Below, piece after piece: positions 25,523-33,584 of a DNA stretch of 64,000 nt. Within the stretch, counting starts at the first letter, position 1. Every line of letters starts with the position of its first letter. Source of the DNA: a virus (taxonomy: Duplodnaviria > Heunggongvirae > Uroviricota > Caudoviricetes); IMG/VR virus record IMGVR_UViG_3300036768_001066. One strand, 5' to 3'. The translations under genes and the position numbers were made by a program. Below the pieces are notes generated by a model. It was not told where the DNA came from, searched no databases, and worked only from the letters and a program-made list of their open reading frames with translations.

Positions 25523-25532
25523 ATTGCTGGAA

Positions 25533-25877
25533 TTATAGGTTACTTGGTATTTTGTTTACCTTGACAGTGATGTCATCGAACTTCTCGGCCGCTTTGAGGA
25601 TGCCTGTGACTATATCATTAGGTTCCCAGTAGTCGATGGTCAGTTCATAGTTTGTCAGGTGAACGTTTATTGTGTGGTCTTCCTGGAAGAAACACGCTTC
25701 TTCAAGCCACATTGGAATATCACGCGGCGGTATTTTGCTTGTACAAAGATCAATCAGCTTCTCTTTAGAAGGGTCCTTCATCATGAGCACAACCGAATCC
25801 CTGCAAACAAGCTCGATCCCAGTCTGACCAAGTAGCAACTGAGATACCCTCTCGGCGAGGCCGTTGTTTAATCCCAC
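25533..25877 (-). CDS. hypothetical protein (114 aa)
   Basis: ORF overlapping the next upstream ORF by 10 nt in a different frame. No motif recognised. Confidence 0.35.
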   Translation of the reverse strand: MGLNNGLAERVSQLLLGQTGIELVCRDSVVLMMKDPSKEKLIDLCTSKIPPRDIPMWLEEACFFQEDHTINVHLTNYELTIDYWEPNDIVTGILKAAEKFDDITVKVNKIPSNL

Positions 25878-26161
25878 GACATATTGATCTTTATGGACGA
25901 TGGTTCGGGAAGGACCGCAAGAATGCCCTTGATAGTTTCTAATGATGCTGGTTGTACCGATCTTACCATAGTTTCTAAATTATAGTTGTTTTCGTGAATG
26001 TAAATGTTGTCCTTATACTCCTGCCTGACACGGCTATTGTACATCACCAAGTAAGTTACATCCATTTTGAATTGGTCAACGATATGCTTGACGTCAGGCA
26101 TGTCAGCTATTAAGAATACGTGCTCGAACGGAGACTCCCCGCCTGGAACGGCCACGCGCAC
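25868..26161 (-). CDS. hypothetical protein (97 aa)
   Basis: ORF. Possibly the 5' part of a gene frameshifted into 25533-25877. Confidence 0.35.
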   Translation of the reverse strand: MRVAVPGGESPFEHVFLIADMPDVKHIVDQFKMDVTYLVMYNSRVRQEYKDNIYIHENNYNLETMVRSVQPASLETIKGILAVLPEPSSIKINMSWD

Positions 26162-26224
26162 CTCATCAAACTTCGAGAGTATGCGTCTGGTGATCTGTCT
26201 TCAATATGCCAGAGTCTACTTCCA

Positions 26225-26476
26225 TTACAGCATTACGTTCATGCTGGACAACGGGCCGGTCTCGTTTCTCACAGAAAATTCAACCCCCGAATACATTGTC
26301 TCTACTATAATCGGTCGGCACGCGATGCTCCACGAAAAGAAGTCGAGGCACAAAGGCCTGGACGGCTCTGACGTAAGCAGTGTACGAGGATGGTAAACCG
26401 CTTCCAGAACACCGAGCGTACTGTGATACCACAGCTCAAGGTTGTGCCCATTTATTTCGGCTTTGATTTTATTCAT
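26225..26476 (-). CDS. hypothetical protein (83 aa)
   Basis: ORF in the same frame as 25868-26161. It is separated from it by two stops (TAA at 26225, TAG at 26216). Confidence 0.3.
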   Translation of the reverse strand: MNKIKAEINGHNLELWYHSTLGVLEAVYHPRTLLTSEPSRPLCLDFFSWSIACRPIIVETMYSGVEFSVRNETGPLSSMNVML

Positions 26477-26494
26477 AGAGTAAAGTTACGAATA

Positions 26495-26523
26495 AAAATA
26501 CAAATAAAAAAGGGTCGCTGGAA
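26495..26523 (-). terminator. rho-independent terminator (minus strand)
   Basis: Hairpin GGGTCGC-tggaatt-GCGACCC (26502-26522). On the minus-strand RNA it is followed by a U7 tract (top A-run 26495-26501). Located 34 nt downstream of the stop of gene 26557-26739. Confidence 0.55.
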
Positions 26524-26556
26524 TTGCGACCCTCTTATTTCCGTACGAATAACTGC

Positions 26557-26739
26557 TTAAGAACCCTTCTTGGCATTCTTAGCTGCCTGGATGTCGGCGC
26601 GGCTCTCTTTGCAGAGAACGGCTATCTCCTGCAGGATTCCGCGCGCACGAGTTCCTGCAGAAGCGTTTCCACTTTCAAACTTAGCCACTTCCGGCTCTAA
26701 CGAAGCTACAAGCTCCTTGATCTTTTCGAACTTTTCCAT
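26557..26739 (-). CDS. small basic histone-H1-like / nucleoid-associated protein (60 aa)
   Basis: MEKFEKIKELVASLEPEVAKFESGNASAGTRARGILQEIAVLCKESRADIQAAKNAKKGS. The xGNxxAGTRAR core and Lys-rich tail match the small histone-H1-like proteins common in Bacteroidota. It has its own terminator. Confidence 0.5.
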   Translation of the reverse strand: MEKFEKIKELVASLEPEVAKFESGNASAGTRARGILQEIAVLCKESRADIQAAKNAKKGS

Positions 26740-26772
26740 TGTTTTTGTTTTTTGTTGGTTTTACTTACTTTA

Positions 26773-27660
26773 CTATATAATCGCCATAATTCGCGGCGCC
26801 CTGCGGGCCGCTACGTCGAATTCCTTAACTATCACAGACATCAACCTGCCGCCCGATCCGCACCCACATCCGCAATCGGCGAGCACCACCTGCTTGGGCA
26901 GTCCGCCGTGAACGTAGTTATGTATCCTTGGGAAGTTAATGCCCTGGCTCAACCTGTGGAAGTGCCCGTGAACGGACATCATCTTGTTGTTCGGGGTTAT
27001 GAAGCAGCCGTCGCCCTTCGGGTTGCTGTAGTCGGACTGCCTCCCCCATATAAGGCTGTTGTTCGTGTACTCATTTTTGCTCTGCGGCGCATGACTGAAG
27101 AACAGCGAGTCCGTCTCATGAAACAGCTTGGCGTGCTCTTTCAAGAACGCGTACTCCTCGCTATCGAGTATTTTTCCCCAGTAGACATTAACGTCCTCAC
27201 CGGTCGGTATTCCCATGTTCTCGTTTCTGAGCGGCTCTATATCCGTGGGCCTCGCGCCATACAGCTGGACGCAGGTCTTCCACCCGTGGTTTATCGACCA
27301 TAGGTGCGAATGATACGCCCACTTGCCGTTCTCGAACTGTGTCATCGACATGTCGCCTGTGCCAACGAGAAATGCGTCGTGATTGCCGAACAGGCATATA
27401 GCTCCGTTGTCCACGTACTCCTTAACCTTCATTATGACGGCTCGAGGCTCGGGCCCGCGGTCGATGAAGTCGCCGAGAAACACATACTGGGGGTTGTCCT
27501 TGGACACCTTGTTGTACTTGCGCCATGCCTCGATGGACGCGAGCACCCGCTCCAGCTCGCTTATCTCGCCGTGCACGTCCGCTATACATGCGTAGAACTT
27601 CCCCATCTCCCGCATGGTCTCCATCATCTTTAGCTGTTCTCTGAATTCTCTGTCTTCCAT
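26773..27660 (-). CDS. Ser/Thr protein phosphatase-family metallophosphoesterase (lambda-PPase/ApaH-like)
   Basis: Motifs ADVHG, FLGDFIDRGPE, FGNHD, HGH. C-terminal Cys/Gly cluster CGCGCGSGG. Confidence 0.75.
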   Translation of the reverse strand: MEDREFREQLKMMETMREMGKFYACIADVHGEISELERVLASIEAWRKYNKVSKDNPQYVFLGDFIDRGPEPRAVIMKVKEYVDNGAICLFGNHDAFLVGTGDMSMTQFENGKWAYHSHLWSINHGWKTCVQLYGARPTDIEPLRNENMGIPTGEDVNVYWGKILDSEEYAFLKEHAKLFHETDSLFFSHAPQSKNEYTNNSLIWGRQSDYSNPKGDGCFITPNNKMMSVHGHFHRLSQGINFPRIHNYVHGGLPKQVVLADCGCGCGSGGRLMSVIVKEFDVAARRAPRIMAII

Positions 27661-27941
27661 TACTTTATGTTGTGCACATTCGCGAGCTCTCCGAGGGTCT
27701 TCACCATCTCGTCGAACTTTGTCGGTCTTTCGTTCTTGCAGTACTCAAGGCACCTGACAGCCCTCTCGGATATTGCGCCCTCCGCGTTCTCTGATTGGAC
27801 ATGCCCAACGCACGGAATATCCACCTTTAACTCAGGGTCCGCAAGACCCATCATGGCATCCTTACCATTCGTGGTCGCGTGAAAAAAGGTATCTATCATG
27901 TGCCCGTACTTTCCAGGCGGAACGTAAACTATAGTAAGCAT
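27660..27941 (-). CDS. hypothetical protein (93 aa)
   Basis: ORF with stop/start abutting the phosphatase gene. Contains paired Cys (CVGH...CLEYC). Confidence 0.4.
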   Translation of the reverse strand: MLTIVYVPPGKYGHMIDTFFHATTNGKDAMMGLADPELKVDIPCVGHVQSENAEGAISERAVRCLEYCKNERPTKFDEMVKTLGELANVHNIK

Positions 27942-27968
27942 TTTATATCGTGTTTGTGTGTTTTAGTT

Positions 27969-28736
27969 TCAGTCCATTATCAACTCAAGTATCTGCTGAT
28001 AGTGCCACCTGCTCAGCAAGTACAGCATGTCAGTGCCGAACTGCACGCCATCCGTCGCCGAGTCTTTCAGCTCCTGGCTCTTGAACCGAATTAGCCGGAG
28101 GTTACGGTTGCTCGAGCTGAATGGGTTGCCCTCTATGGTCAACTGGTTCTCCCTGTACTTGAACGACTTCACCTTCGTCTCGCCGTCTTCGTTCCTCTCT
28201 ATGACCACGTTCTCCGGAAGTATCTCGACGAGCCTGAAGCATGCCGACGTGGGTGCGTAGTAGAAGTGCACCGGGTAATTGTTGAGCCTGCTCGCGTTTA
28301 TGTACGGGAGAACCTGCTCGAGCTTCTTGCCCTCGCCGTCTTCGAACTTGAACAGGTAGCTCTTCTCCGAGATCCTGCCGTACGCTTGCTGGAACTCCTC
28401 GACGATAAGGCTGTGCAAGCCCTCGAGTTCTGCTTCGGTGACCTCGACCGGGTCGGTGGCGCGGAACGTGTCGCCATCGCGCACCTCGTAGAGTTCGGTG
28501 CCCTTACCGTCGTCGTGCTTCATCACCAGGAATCCGCCGACGTAGTGCGAGTCGCCGTGCGATTTCATGGTGTTCACTTTGCACAGCACGTTCTTGCCGA
28601 ATTCCAGGGCGTTGTCCGCGTACACTTTGCCGGTCAGGCATCCGTACCGCTCGAACATTATTTTGCCTTGCTCCATCATTTCCGACTGGGTCAGGTGTGG
28701 TTTTGTCATTGGTGTGTCCATATCAACCTTTATCAT
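27969..28736 (-). CDS. hypothetical protein (255 aa)
   Basis: Co-oriented ORF. No motif recognised. Confidence 0.45.
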   Translation of the reverse strand: MIKVDMDTPMTKPHLTQSEMMEQGKIMFERYGCLTGKVYADNALEFGKNVLCKVNTMKSHGDSHYVGGFLVMKHDDGKGTELYEVRDGDTFRATDPVEVTEAELEGLHSLIVEEFQQAYGRISEKSYLFKFEDGEGKKLEQVLPYINASRLNNYPVHFYYAPTSACFRLVEILPENVVIERNEDGETKVKSFKYRENQLTIEGNPFSSSNRNLRLIRFKSQELKDSATDGVQFGTDMLYLLSRWHYQQILELIMD

Positions 28737-29789
28737 TTAATTACCGGCCGCAAATCCCGCTCGTCTTTTCTCTTCCAGTCCCTCGTTTTTCTGGCGCATG
28801 AACCCCACGTTTTTAATTGCGCCTCTTCCGTTCTTCGGACGCTTCATGTCCTCGAAGTGAGCTATCACCTCGTCAAACGCCTTCCCGAGTATCACCACTG
28901 ACACTATGAGTTCCTTTATGTGGGACAAACTAAGTCCGTCAGTGGCGTTCAGCCACTTCTCCATGTCGAGCTCGTCCACATCCTTCTGGTGAAGTTTGTG
29001 TCTTATGAAGTACTCACGAACCTCCCTGTTCGGCGCGTCCACGAGATACACACGGTCGAACCTGCTCGGCCTGTTCGAGATACGCTCTTGAAGTTTCTCC
29101 GGATAGTTGGTAGTTGCAAGATACACGACGTTGTCTATCTGGTTTACACCATCAAGGATGTTCATCAAGGCGGACAGCACGTTTGCACCCGCATCTATGA
29201 CGTTATCTATATCTTCAAGAATAACGACGAGCGGTCGCTCCGGTTCTATCTTCCTGAATTTCTGTGCGAATCCCACGAAAAGCTCGACGCAGTTCACGGT
29301 GTCGAGCGTGATCACGACGCCGTTCTGCTTGACGAGGTCGGATATTATTATCTGCATCATGTACGACTTGCCGTTGCCCGGAGGACCATACACTATGATG
29401 CCCCGCTTGTACACAGTATTATACTCCTTGAACTTGTGCTTGGTCGTCTCCTCCCAGAAGTTCTTGACGTCGTCTATGATCTCGTTGCATTCCTTGATCG
29501 GAAGCCTCAGCAACTTGTCGCTAAGTATAGTGTTGTTCTTGGACATGTATGTCCCAAGGTGTTGTGAGTAGCCGAGCCTGTAGACTCCTGCCGGCACTTT
29601 GCTCCTCGTCTCGTTACACGGAGAGAACACGGTCCCCGCATCGTGTACCGACCATTGCATTTCCGAGGGCTTCTGCTCGCTATCATTCTTGGACTCATCG
29701 ACCTTCCCCTCAATAGGTACTTCGTCGTTTCTTCTTGCATTTCTTCCCATGCTTTCTAATTTGAAAATAGGTTTAACAAACGATGACAT
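28737..29789 (-). CDS. AAA-family ATPase
   Basis: Walker A GIIVYGPPGNGKS. Walker B VVILEDIDN. Second region of homology NRPSRFDR. N-terminal non-ATPase domain of ~120 aa. Confidence 0.75.
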   Translation of the reverse strand: MSSFVKPIFKLESMGRNARRNDEVPIEGKVDESKNDSEQKPSEMQWSVHDAGTVFSPCNETRSKVPAGVYRLGYSQHLGTYMSKNNTILSDKLLRLPIKECNEIIDDVKNFWEETTKHKFKEYNTVYKRGIIVYGPPGNGKSYMMQIIISDLVKQNGVVITLDTVNCVELFVGFAQKFRKIEPERPLVVILEDIDNVIDAGANVLSALMNILDGVNQIDNVVYLATTNYPEKLQERISNRPSRFDRVYLVDAPNREVREYFIRHKLHQKDVDELDMEKWLNATDGLSLSHIKELIVSVVILGKAFDEVIAHFEDMKRPKNGRGAIKNVGFMRQKNEGLEEKRRAGFAAGN

Positions 29790-29932
29790 CCGCCATCACG
29801 CATAATCGTCTAACACCTACCTGGTGACCGCCGCCTCGAACTTAGGCCTTGGTGTGAAGGGCCGCGCTTCTATATCGACGCGCCACAACAATAATAACAA
29901 AAAATCAACGAATTTATTCTTGCCCTGCAGAA

Positions 29933-31174
29933 TTATTCCATCTTCCACTTTTTAAGCTGCGCATACATCTCTCTTCCGTCGTATCGCAACAAATAGTCGT
30001 ACAGATTGGCGGTCCTCGATTCCGGCGAGCGCACAGCCCTGGCGCCGCCGAGCATATTGAAGAAGTAAGCCTGGAAAGGGGTCAACCCCCTCCGCTTCGC
30101 CTCCTTTGATATAAACATTGCCGCGTCCTTTCTTGCGAGTCTCGATTCTGGAGATTCCGGGTCGCTCGCCCTCACTTTATCTGCGTGCGGCTTGACGTCC
30201 GCCGCCATCTCTTCCATCTTAGATATTAAGCTTTTCCATTTTGACTCAATATCGGACACCTCCTCCTTCCTTCCCGGGAAGTACGCGAGGTACTCGTCCA
30301 TCTCGCCGGAACGGACAACGTCGACTATCCTCCAGTAAGCGGTAGCTTTGCGCATGTGGTGAACCGATACGTATGCCGGGTTCTTCAGCTTGCGCCTGTT
30401 GAAGTTCGCGTCGCACGCCACCACGCCCTCCATGCTGAACGGCTGTTTCGCCACCATGACCATGAGCTCGTCGACATCGCTCACGTCGAACGTCCTCGGT
30501 CTAAGCACGCCAAGCGCCTCCGCCATCCTATTGAGGTCGTCGAAACCGACCTCCTCCATTGTGTCCAGCTTGCGAGCGCCGAGAAGGTACACGCGGAAAT
30601 CTGTGTGCGGCGTGACCACTATGTTGTACGGCGTGCACAGCTCGAACGCGAGCGTGTATCCGGACCACCGGGCGAACGCCTGCCTCCTGCTCTCGTATAC
30701 CATGCCGTCGGGGGCTACCGCCCGGTTGGTCTCGAGGAACGCCTTCCAGAAAAGATCGGCGAACGTGCCGAACGACCCCTCTGTCGCCCCGTCCGGGGAC
30801 CAATGGAAGTTATCCACAGATCCCTCCCCCTCAGCGGTGCCGGTTGTACCAAAACAAATATCATGGCCGTCGCTGTAGACGTGCACGAGCGTGCCGTCGA
30901 GCTTCTCGTAGATGCGCGCGGTCGACCAGTCTAATGGCTCGCCGTTGCCCTCGCCCACGTTGAAGAATTTTCTGAATGCAAGGGACAGGACGCTCCAGTC
31001 GGACTTGCGAAGAACGAGCCCCCTCGCGTCCTGCACCTCTGGCATGGACATAGGGGACTCTATCTGCTTGTACTTAAGCAGCACTTTGTGCGGATAGTCC
31101 TTGAAATCGAGCTTGAACTTCTCGATGGTCGCGTCGAGCCCGTGCTCTATTATGTGTTTCTGAATGGCGAGCAT
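29933..31174 (-). CDS. putative ATP-dependent RNA ligase-like nucleotidyltransferase
   Basis: Covalent nucleotidyltransferase motif I KLDGT in IYEKLDGTLVHVY at about residue 90. This matches the position and context of the Rnl/DNA-ligase adenylation lysine. 413 aa with a helical C-terminal domain. No other ligase motifs verified by eye. Confidence 0.5.
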   Translation of the reverse strand: MLAIQKHIIEHGLDATIEKFKLDFKDYPHKVLLKYKQIESPMSMPEVQDARGLVLRKSDWSVLSLAFRKFFNVGEGNGEPLDWSTARIYEKLDGTLVHVYSDGHDICFGTTGTAEGEGSVDNFHWSPDGATEGSFGTFADLFWKAFLETNRAVAPDGMVYESRRQAFARWSGYTLAFELCTPYNIVVTPHTDFRVYLLGARKLDTMEEVGFDDLNRMAEALGVLRPRTFDVSDVDELMVMVAKQPFSMEGVVACDANFNRRKLKNPAYVSVHHMRKATAYWRIVDVVRSGEMDEYLAYFPGRKEEVSDIESKWKSLISKMEEMAADVKPHADKVRASDPESPESRLARKDAAMFISKEAKRRGLTPFQAYFFNMLGGARAVRSPESRTANLYDYLLRYDGREMYAQLKKWKME

Positions 31175-31196
31175 GGACTTGAAAATCGTAGATCGG

Positions 31197-31550
31197 TTAG
31201 TTCTTGATCGGACCCTCTACCTCCACTTTCACGCCATAAACTCGGCTGTACACCGACTTGAGTTGGTCGTTAGACACGAAGAGGATCACCGGGCGATCCG
31301 GGTAGTTATTCATGTCCCACACCTCCTTGATGGTGTAGCAGATGGCCTCGTCCTTGTTGAAGAAAAGCGTGTCCTTCTTCATCGTCACCACAGCGATCAG
31401 CTGCGTGTCTGCCGGTATCATCTCGGCCGTCTGCTGCTCAGCGGTATTCTGCGTCACCGAGTTGATCTTCCTGGGCGACTTGGTCTCGCTCTGCGCCGAT
31501 CCAGCAGCAGCGAACGACAGCGCGAGCAGGACTAACATGAATTTTTTCAT
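31197..31550 (-). CDS. small secreted protein (signal peptide)
   Basis: Start taken at MKKFMLVLLALSFAAAGSAQS (cleavable signal peptide). The longer listed ORF adds 13 non-signal residues. Confidence 0.5.
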   Translation of the reverse strand: MKKFMLVLLALSFAAAGSAQSETKSPRKINSVTQNTAEQQTAEMIPADTQLIAVVTMKKDTLFFNKDEAICYTIKEVWDMNNYPDRPVILFVSNDQLKSVYSRVYGVKVEVEGPIKN

Positions 31551-31778
31551 GGTTATCTTTTTGTTTGTCAATCGGCCTAATATAGGCAAATTTTCGGGTC
31601 CGATCAGCGACGGCTGGAGATTCTTCCACCGCGTAAGTACTTAACCGGTTACAAACCCTGGGGTTTTTGGGATAATTTTTTTATGCGCGTTTCGAACTTT
31701 TGTTTCGGCCGAAGCGCCGTTTCGTCATTTTTTTTTAGGGACCCGCGACAAATGGGCGATCCGCCGGTAATAGATGGT

Positions 31779-33584
31779 ATGGTAGAATTCGAAAGGGTCA
31801 AGCTGCCCAAATACTCAATAATAATACCGACGTACAACCACTTCGAGGACTGCTTCAAGCCGTGCCTCGATTCGGTTATTACGTCGACCAAGGACCTGCT
31901 CGTATCCGGCGACGCCGAGGTGATAGTCGTGGCGAACGGCTGCACCGACGGAACCGTCGATTACGCGAGGGAGGCGCCGCATTACGCGGACGGGTATCGC
32001 ATAAGGATAGTCGAGATCGACGAGCCGCTCGGATACACCGTTGCAGTTAACATAGGGTTGGGGCTCGCCAGGGGCGAGTTCGTGGTTCTAATGAACAACG
32101 ATGCGCAGGTTCTCGAGTGGGGCAAGGACGGCAAGTGGCTCGAGATGCTCCGCGAGCCGTTTGACCTCGACCCGACCGTCGGCATCACCGGCCCAAAGAA
32201 GATAATGTCCAAGGAGACGGGCAGGCCATTCGTGATATTCTTCCTCGCCATGATAAGGCGCCGGACGTTCTATGAGATCGGATACCTTGACGAGACGTTC
32301 AACCCCGGTGGCGGAGAGGACATCGATTTCTGCATGAGGCTCGAGAAGAACGGGTACAGGTGCGTGTGTGTGCCGGACGACGGTCCGACGGCCGGCGATT
32401 ACGTCACGTCGTACCCGATCTACCACGTCGGCGAGGCGACGGTTCACTCAGAGGTGGCCGGTTGGGAGGAGAAGTTCGAGAGGCGCATGAAGCTGTTGGA
32501 GCATCGCACCAAGAATGCTTATTACGCTACGCACGCGGACGTGACCTGCTACATATCTACCAGGGGCAGGTACTTCTCAACGCTGCCGCTCGCCATAATG
32601 TCAGTGATAAACCAGAAGCTGAAGCCAAAGCGTCTGATCATATTCATGGACGACTACAACGAGAAGCCGGTCGACCTGCGCAAGTACAGCGTATACCAGC
32701 ATCTGTTCAAGATGCTCCTCGATGCCGGCATAAATTGGGACGTGGTGTTCGGCGAGGGAAAGGGTCAGGTGCTAAACCACCAGAAGGCCATCGACATGGC
32801 GGGCACCGAGTTTCTATGGAGGCTCGACGACGACAACTCCGCCGAGCCGGATGTCCTCGAGAAACTGATGGCATGCTTCGACGAAGGGGTAGGCGCCGTT
32901 GGGGGCAGCGTCCCGACTCCGGGGCAGAATGTGCCCGGCCCTTGCTCCACAAAAATATCGGAGATATGCTCGTCCAGCAACATACAGTGGTCTGTCGGAA
33001 CTGGCATTATACCGGCAGACCATCTGTACAGCACCTTCGTGTTCAGGAAGGTGGCAGCCGCGCACGGGTACTGTAAGGAGCTGTCTACAGTTGGCCACAG
33101 GGAGGAGACTATATTCACGCACGAGATGAAACGTGCGGGGTGGCAGCTCCTGATAGACCGCTCTGCCGTGACTCATCATTTGAGGGAGACCGTGGGTGGA
33201 ATACGCAGTTTCGACGATTCCAAACTATGGGAGGCCGACGAGGCCGTATTCAGGCGCAAGATGGAGGAGTGGGGGGTGAAGCTGAAGGGACGCAGATATA
33301 TCGTTCTCGATTGCGGGCTCGGAGATCACTGGAGCTTTAAGATGATTCTACCAGAGGTCAAGGCCAAGTACCCGGATGACCGCATAACCATAGCTGCGTG
33401 CTTCCCCCACGTGTTCGACGATTCCGGCGTGGATCTGATGAGCATCGCGGACGCCAAGCAGATGTTCGACGAAAAACGTATTAGCAAGATGAACGTGTAT
33501 CAGTTCGGGGTTGAAGAGAACTGGAACGGTACGTTGCTCGACGCATTCAGGGAGCTTTACGTGAAGGGGAGGGCCTGGTCATGA
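31779..33584 (+). CDS. multi-domain glycosyltransferase (GT2 domain + second GT2-like domain + C-terminal GT9/heptosyltransferase-like region)
   Basis: KYSIIIPTYNH then D-rich NNDAQV and GGGEDIDFCMRL (GT2 DxD/ED motifs). The second half has LIIFMDDYNE ... WRLDDDN. The C-terminal region has LDCGLGDHW. Start set at ATG 31779 (alternative 31752). The ORF-track start 31683 lies inside a poly-T/hairpin leader. Confidence 0.75.
   Translation: MVEFERVKLPKYSIIIPTYNHFEDCFKPCLDSVITSTKDLLVSGDAEVIVVANGCTDGTVDYAREAPHYADGYRIRIVEIDEPLGYTVAVNIGLGLARGEFVVLMNNDAQVLEWGKDGKWLEMLREPFDLDPTVGITGPKKIMSKETGRPFVIFFLAMIRRRTFYEIGYLDETFNPGGGEDIDFCMRLEKNGYRCVCVPDDGPTAGDYVTSYPIYHVGEATVHSEVAGWEEKFERRMKLLEHRTKNAYYATHADVTCYISTRGRYFSTLPLAIMSVINQKLKPKRLIIFMDDYNEKPVDLRKYSVYQHLFKMLLDAGINWDVVFGEGKGQVLNHQKAIDMAGTEFLWRLDDDNSAEPDVLEKLMACFDEGVGAVGGSVPTPGQNVPGPCSTKISEICSSSNIQWSVGTGIIPADHLYSTFVFRKVAAAHGYCKELSTVGHREETIFTHEMKRAGWQLLIDRSAVTHHLRETVGGIRSFDDSKLWEADEAVFRRKMEEWGVKLKGRRYIVLDCGLGDHWSFKMILPEVKAKYPDDRITIAACFPHVFDDSGVDLMSIADAKQMFDEKRISKMNVYQFGVEENWNGTLLDAFRELYVKGRAWS

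Noticed and set aside
25533-26476. Nampt/Namat-like partner gene for the prs homolog
   Set aside because: The three short ORFs together (about 300 aa) show no recognisable Nampt motifs and are interrupted by stops. They were annotated only as hypothetical fragments.
31683-31778. ORF-track start codon 31683 for the first glycosyltransferase (MRVSNFCFGRSAVSSFFFRDPRQ...)
   Set aside because: This stretch is translated through a palindrome and a T9 run, giving an FFF/low-complexity peptide that is not GT-like. The conserved GT2 N-terminus begins after the ATG at 31779.
32360-33179. Arg-rich ORFs on both strands inside the GT gene (32360-33076 plus, 32707-33179 minus)
   Set aside because: GC-rich coding sequence yields open alternative frames. 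The Arg/Gly/Pro-rich products are typical antisense/off-frame artefacts.
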